Shown here one piece after another: positions 53,977 to 57,526 of a DNA stretch of 57,526 nt; positions within the stretch are counted from its first letter, which is position 1, and every line of letters starts with the position of its first letter. Source of the DNA: an uncultured Candidatus Saccharibacteria bacterium (GTDB taxonomy: Bacteria; Patescibacteriota; Minisyncoccia; Phycocordibacterales; GWA1-40-21). The notes below the pieces were generated by a model. That model was not told the DNA's origin and searched no databases. It worked only from the letters and a program-made list of their open reading frames with translations. Made by a program: the position numbers and the translations under genes. The DNA is taken from contig CAZEMP010000002.1 of NCBI GenBank assembly GCA_964513515.1, positions 1-57,526 of the forward strand, read 5' to 3'.

Positions 53977-54909
53977 TTACTGGGATCTCACCCCATGATT
54001 CGTTCCGTCAAACCTCCACGCCCAAGGACCTGGGCCTGTGAAGTCTTCCTTCGAGGACTCCATGCCCTCACCAGTGGTCATGAGCTTGATCCCATGATGT
54101 CCCTCGTAACTGATGGACTTCATAGTATTCGGAAGGATGGTAGCGAGCTCCTTTCTCGCCTCCGTCCCATCTTCCTTCAGCTCCAATTCGTAAACCTTCA
54201 GCTCCTTCGAGCTTTGGTTTACGACCATCACCGTTTTACCGGTGACCACCCTCTGCACCGGCTTGGGAGCCGGTGCAGTGGGCGGGGTGACTTTCGTCAC
54301 CATGACTTGGGGTTGGGGAGGCTGCTGGATCTTTCCGAAAGCGCTGAAGAACTTCATCATCGCTTTCCGGTTAGCTTCCAGCTGACCCTCGATCGAGTTG
54401 ACCTTGGCCATGTCGAGCGAAGAGATCCTCACCTCCTCGGGTTGGACCTGCTTGCCCGACTTCTTCAGACTGTCCTGCAAGGACCTCTGAAGAGTTGCCA
54501 TCTGATCTCCGATCGCTTTGCGATCCGCTTTCTGGAGGCTGTGGAGGCATGCCCCCATAGCCAAGACCATGATGAGCATCGCTCCCACACCGGAGAAAAA
54601 CAACTTCCAGTAAGGAGGCTGAAGCGCTTGGACTTCCTCCAGCACTTGCATCCTCTCCTGACGGCGAGCTTCTCGGATGGCGAGGTCGAACATCTCCTTG
54701 AGTTGATGCTTCGTCTCTTCCGACAAGCTCACCAGGTTGTTTTCCTGATGAACCACGACAGGGTGAACTTCTTTTCCTTCCTTTCCCTGTTCCGAACCGT
54801 TCGTCCCGTTCTGTCTCGTCGACGCCCCTCCCTCTGTCGAGGGAGACGGCATCAGACCCGCACGCTCGCGCGCGAGCCTCTCTCTTCGCTCCCTGCGACT
54901 TTCAGCCAT
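53977..54909 (-). CDS. GC-island gene A: single-pass membrane protein with coiled coil, Pro-rich linker and a ~100-aa C-terminal domain shared with gene B
   Basis: About 57% G+C, with SD AAGGAGG 8-10 nt upstream of the ATG. It has an Arg/Glu-rich N-terminus, the TM WKLFFSGVGAMLIMVLAMGACLH, the linker PPTAPAPKP and the domain ..KVYELELKEDGTEARKELATILPNTMKSISYEGHHGIKLMTTGEG..GPWAWRFD. Confidence 0.75.
   Translation of the reverse strand: MAESRRERRERLARERAGLMPSPSTEGGASTRQNGTNGSEQGKEGKEVHPVVVHQENNLVSLSEETKHQLKEMFDLAIREARRQERMQVLEEVQALQPPYWKLFFSGVGAMLIMVLAMGACLHSLQKADRKAIGDQMATLQRSLQDSLKKSGKQVQPEEVRISSLDMAKVNSIEGQLEANRKAMMKFFSAFGKIQQPPQPQVMVTKVTPPTAPAPKPVQRVVTGKTVMVVNQSSKELKVYELELKEDGTEARKELATILPNTMKSISYEGHHGIKLMTTGEGMESSKEDFTGPGPWAWRFDGTNHGVRSQ
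54006..54315 (-). repeat. 310-nt direct repeat encoding the shared C-terminal domain (second copy 55815-56124)
   Basis: The two copies differ at a single position by hand alignment (CCCAAGGACC versus CCCACGGACC). Confidence 0.9.
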
Positions 54910-54970
54910 GGGGCTCTAGCCTCCTTGTATTTAAAGAATTTTTTACGAAGAACTTCTCACTTCACTCTAT

Positions 54971-54999
54971 AGTTTACACTAAACAAACTTTTTTGTCAA
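54971..54999 (-). promoter_or_regulatory. promoter of gene A (TTGACA-17-TAAACT)
   Basis: The minus strand reads TTGACAaaaaagtttgtttagtgTAAACT. The -35 is at 54994-54999 and the -10 at 54971-54976. Confidence 0.7.
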
Positions 55000-55119
55000 T
55001 AGGTAATAAACGAAAAAGACTACCTCATTTGAGATAGTCCTCTGGTCTAGGGGGCGGGGTGTTTTTCCTCCTGTAAAACACCCCGCCCCACAAAACCTTG
55101 GGCTTCTTAGCCCTTCTTC
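54993..55119 (-). repeat. 127-nt spacer repeat, copy 1 (gene 3' end KKG-stop, two terminator hairpins, -35 box)
   Basis: Matches 55673-55798 with 3 substitutions and one 1-nt indel. Contains GGGGCGGGGTGTTTT..AAAACACCCCGCCCC (55051-55089) and GACTACCTCATTTGAGATAGTC (55018-55039). Confidence 0.9.
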
Positions 55120-55574
55120 CTCTCCGGAAGCTTGGAGAGATCCTGGGTTCTCGAGAAGTTCCCCTTCTCGTCGAACTGGACCAGCCAGCTTCCGTCCCTG
55201 AACTCCTGCTTCTGGAGCTCCTGGACGGCGTCCCCCCCTTTCAGCTTGAGCTGAAGGGTGAGGAGCTGGTAGCCGGTGTAGTTGTACACACCGACCGAGC
55301 GAGGCTTCACCAGGTCTTCGTTCTTGACCTTGTGCTCCTCACCGTCCACCAGGATGGACTTCTTCTTCTCGCCGTCCAGGATCTTGACCTGGATGGCGAA
55401 CTTGCCGGAGTTGACCACGTACACGACGTGGTCCAACGACGTCTTCGCCGGCGCGCTCGCCAAGACGATCTCTCCCGAGATCGGCTCGGCGTCGCTCACC
55501 TGCGCCGCCTCCACCTTCATCGATCCGAAGAAGGAGAAAACGGTGACGAACAGCATGAAGAGGATGCTCTTCAT
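55107..55574 (-). CDS. GC-island gene C: small secreted protein
   Basis: Signal peptide MKSILFMLFVTVFSFFGSMKVEA/AQ, a beta-rich mature part, and the SD GGGAGG. No family recognised. Confidence 0.75.
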   Translation of the reverse strand: MKSILFMLFVTVFSFFGSMKVEAAQVSDAEPISGEIVLASAPAKTSLDHVVYVVNSGKFAIQVKILDGEKKKSILVDGEEHKVKNEDLVKPRSVGVYNYTGYQLLTLQLKLKGGDAVQELQKQEFRDGSWLVQFDEKGNFSRTQDLSKLPERKKG

Positions 55575-55650
55575 TTGAAACCTCCCAATCTCTGCTTCCC
55601 CTTTCGGGTTGAAGTCTTACAAGATTTTACGAAGAACAAATTCGTTTAAC

Positions 55651-55679
55651 AGTATATCATGTGTCATATTTCTTGTCAA
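55651..55679 (-). promoter_or_regulatory. promoter of gene C (TTGACA-17-TATACT)
   Basis: The minus strand reads TTGACAagaaatatgacacatgaTATACT. Confidence 0.7.
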
Positions 55680-55798
55680 TAGGTAATAAATGAAAAAGAC
55701 TACCTCATTTGAGATAGTCCTCTGGTCTCGGGGCGGGGTGTTTTTCCTCCTGGAAAACACCCCGCCCCACAAAACCTTGGGCTTCTTAGCCCTTCTTC
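55673..55798 (-). repeat. 127-nt spacer repeat, copy 2
   Basis: See 54993-55119. Hairpins at 55730-55768 and 55698-55719. Confidence 0.9.
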
Positions 55799-56484
55799 AA
55801 GGCTTTTCCTCCTTCGTCAAACCTCCACGCCCACGGACCTGGGCCTGTGAAGTCTTCCTTCGAGGACTCCATGCCCTCACCAGTGGTCATGAGCTTGATC
55901 CCATGATGTCCCTCGTAACTGATGGACTTCATAGTATTCGGAAGGATGGTAGCGAGCTCCTTTCTCGCCTCCGTCCCATCTTCCTTCAGCTCCAATTCGT
56001 AAACCTTCAGCTCCTTCGAGCTTTGGTTTACGACCATCACCGTTTTACCGGTGACCACCCTCTGCACCGGCTTGGGAGCCGGTGCAGTGGGCGGGGTGAC
56101 TTTCGTCACCATGACTTGGGGTTGAAGCTTTTGGCTTTGAGGTTTTTTTGAAACAGGCAGGCTCCTTCTCGTCTCGCGACTTGACCTCTCCACCTGCTCC
56201 ACTTCCTCTCTGCACTTCTTCACCAGCTTGTCGCTCGTGATCCGAAGCTGGTCTACCAAAGACTTTTTGGTCTCTTCGACCTTACGGACGTCTTCGGCTG
56301 CCCTCTTTCTCGTCTCGTTGAGAAGGGAGCCGAGTTCATGCGTGCTGGTCTGCTTACCAAAAATGAAAGCGACGACCAGCAAGAGGAGAACGACGGTGAC
56401 CTCAACGAAGATCCAAATACCGTTCTCCCATCTTTTCCTCATAGGGAGGAAAAGTCCTGCGGTTGGCGGATCAAACTGACTCAT
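55786..56484 (-). CDS. GC-island gene B: paralog of gene A (TM, coiled coil, same C-terminal domain)
   Basis: The start is set at Met14 (56484), which is preceded by GGGGGGAAG. The listed ATG at 56523 abuts the predicted -10 box (56523-56528) and so lies upstream of the predicted transcription start. TM IWIFVEVTVVLLLLVVAFIF. The C-terminal ~100 aa are identical to gene A. Confidence 0.75.
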   Translation of the reverse strand: MSQFDPPTAGLFLPMRKRWENGIWIFVEVTVVLLLLVVAFIFGKQTSTHELGSLLNETRKRAAEDVRKVEETKKSLVDQLRITSDKLVKKCREEVEQVERSSRETRRSLPVSKKPQSQKLQPQVMVTKVTPPTAPAPKPVQRVVTGKTVMVVNQSSKELKVYELELKEDGTEARKELATILPNTMKSISYEGHHGIKLMTTGEGMESSKEDFTGPGPWAWRFDEGGKALKKG

Positions 56485-56522
56485 AACTTCCCCCCTTTTT
56501 ATAGAACGAATTTCCCAACTCA

Positions 56523-56551
56523 ATCATACACCAAAATATATTACTTGTCAA
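56523..56551 (-). promoter_or_regulatory. promoter of gene B (TTGACA-17-TATGAT)
   Basis: The minus strand reads TTGACAagtaatatattttggtgTATGAT. Confidence 0.65.
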
Positions 56552-56576
56552 TATAACAATTGGAGTTATGCGTTGT

Positions 56577-56606
56577 TAAAAAACCGCCATCTATAGCGGT
56601 TTTTTA
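56577..56606 (-). terminator. intrinsic terminator overlapping the stop of the Gly/Tyr-rich protein gene
   Basis: AAAAAACCGC-catctata-GCGGTTTTTT. Confidence 0.75.
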
Positions 56607-57526
56607 ACACCCTTTGCTTATTTGATTCTCTCCTACTGTAATCCACTCATCTTTTGCGATGCTTCTTATGTATTCAGAACTATTTATTTTTCCTAATCTT
56701 GAGAGTTTTACAAGCTTTGCTGAAGCATCAGATGAAAGTAATACTTTATTTATTCTTGCATACTCTTCAACTTTACTAATGTCTGAATTGTCAGAAACTA
56801 TTTGGTTTAGAATTGCTGATGTAGCAAAATTGTTTTTGTCATTTTTTGCTTCCATCACATCAACATAAGCATTTGCAAATAATTTTTGAGCTTCAATTTT
56901 TCTTTTTAAGAAAACGTAGGCCAGTATTGTGCTCCAAGATAAAAGTAATGAGATAAAGATTATTATAGAATAATAATCTCCGAAGCCAGTAGAAGGAATG
57001 TCACTTAGATAAACAGAATCTATGTTTGGATTCGTATCTGTGTAAGCCAATACTTGATTTGAAAGTGTTGGTTGTCCATAGTAAGAAGGGTTTGATTGGC
57101 CATAGTAAAAACTAGGCTGACCACCATAATATTGAGGGTAATATGGATAATTTCCACCACTGTAATAACCCACCGGAGCTACTGGAGATGCTGCAAGAGT
57201 AGATGTTCCTTGAACTGTAACTACTGTTGGTCCTGAAGTTGTTATTGAACCACCACCAACTGAATAACCACCACCTAAACTAAATCCGCCATAGTATCCT
57301 CCCATTCCATAACCCCCCCAATTATAAGAAGATCTACCAACATTTCCTCCTCTTGATTCTGAGACTAGATTTTCAGATGGAGTTGAAGGGTTTGTACCAT
57401 TATATAAACCTTCATTATAAGCATAACTATTATCTGGTAGATTGGTACCGTTATATACATCATCGTTATAAGCATAATCATATCCACCAGATAAATTTGT
57501 TCCGTTATATACTGGACTATTAAATG
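56604..57526 (-). CDS. Gly/Tyr/Asn-rich low-complexity protein with one TM and a C-terminal globular domain (5' end outside the window)
   Basis: The frame has no stop from 57305 up to the window edge, so the listed Met is probably internal. It has YNGTN(L/P) and GGYYGG repeats, the TM YYSIIIFISLLLSWSTILAYVFL, and a ~110-aa tail. Confidence 0.7.
   Translation of the reverse strand, partial: FNSPVYNGTNLSGGYDYAYNDDVYNGTNLPDNSYAYNEGLYNGTNPSTPSENLVSESRGGNVGRSSYNWGGYGMGGYYGGFSLGGGYSVGGGSITTSGPTVVTVQGTSTLAASPVAPVGYYSGGNYPYYPQYYGGQPSFYYGQSNPSYYGQPTLSNQVLAYTDTNPNIDSVYLSDIPSTGFGDYYSIIIFISLLLSWSTILAYVFLKRKIEAQKLFANAYVDVMEAKNDKNNFATSAILNQIVSDNSDISKVEEYARINKVLLSSDASAKLVKLSRLGKINSSEYIRSIAKDEWITVGENQISKGC

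Noticed and set aside
54993-55798. The 127-nt spacer repeats as integron attC sites or a CRISPR-like array
   Set aside because: There are only two copies and no GTTRRRY core or inverse core. Each cassette carries its own promoter, unlike integron cassettes. There is no integrase or cas gene, and the spacing and size are unlike CRISPR.
53917-56151. Long plus-strand ORFs across the GC island (53917..54972, 55098..55649, 55282..55578, 55690..56151, 56228..56479)
   Set aside because: These are typical shadow ORFs of GC-rich coding DNA, with Leu/Arg/His-rich junk and no SD or promoter. The minus-strand frames have promoters, SDs, terminators, signal peptides or TM helices, and sensible composition.
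53977-56484. Island genes A/B as TonB-like proteins or phage i-spanins, and gene C as an o-spanin
   Set aside because: The architecture is superficially similar (TM, coiled coil, Pro-rich linker, C-terminal domain). However, the C-terminal domain lacks TonB motifs, gene C has no lipobox Cys, and no holin or endolysin genes are nearby.
53930-56565. The GC islands as a simple assembly chimera with a high-GC organism
   Set aside because: I could not exclude this without reads, but it is unlikely. The AT-rich spacers inside the island carry the same TTGACA-type promoter style and GC-clamp terminators as the surrounding genome, and AT-rich native genes flank both sides. It is kept as a refutation test.
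1-57526. Alternative genetic code (UGA recoding, as in some CPR lineages)
   Set aside because: TGA terminates thyA at the position expected from homologs, and TAA and TAG terminate the others. All conserved genes are full length under the standard code.

Overview
The window is a densely packed, low-GC stretch. Sampled 60-nt lines are about 30% G+C. It is mostly housekeeping genes with short intergenic gaps and GC-clamp hairpin terminators. All three stop codons are used (thyA ends in TGA), so the standard bacterial code applies. The gene content points to a CPR/Patescibacteria (Parcubacteria-like) genome, but that is inference: many aaRS genes, rplK with no adjacent rplA, a minimal type IV pilus locus and giant repeat surface proteins.

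Recognisable genes, in order:
- ftsK (partial), recA, efp, rpsR-ssb-rpsF, an M16 peptidase, glyQS, recO, ileS, argS
- a thymidylate/folate cluster: glyA, thyA-like, HIT, dCMP deaminase, a nucleotidyltransferase, folA, and further on folD
- rplK-nusG-secE, a SIMPL protein, a PAS-PAS protein, a SAM methyltransferase, tatD, metG, an AI-2E permease
- a type IV pilus block (pilB, pilC, three prepilin-like genes, a PilX-like giant) followed by two tandem giant NHL-repeat surface proteins
- nusA, tig, polA, tsaE, and a partial Gly/Tyr-rich protein gene

Most unusual observations:
1. Two compositionally foreign GC-rich patches. One is a single ORF at 27.3-27.9 kb. The other is a 2.6-kb island at 53.9-56.6 kb. 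The island's three unknown envelope-protein genes each have their own perfect TTGACA-17-TAnnnT promoter, an SD and terminator hairpins (two after two of the genes, one after the third), and the island contains mosaic internal repeats.
2. An intact histidine-phosphatase (PGAM-type) domain inserted in frame inside the isoleucyl-tRNA synthetase core.
3. The tandem NHL giants, which share an N-terminal module followed by a TM hairpin and a second signal-peptide-like segment.
4. Several short conserved non-coding motifs.

No CRISPR array, rRNA, tRNA, transposase, integrase or reverse transcriptase was seen. Coordinates of hand-derived non-CDS features may be off by 1-2 nt.
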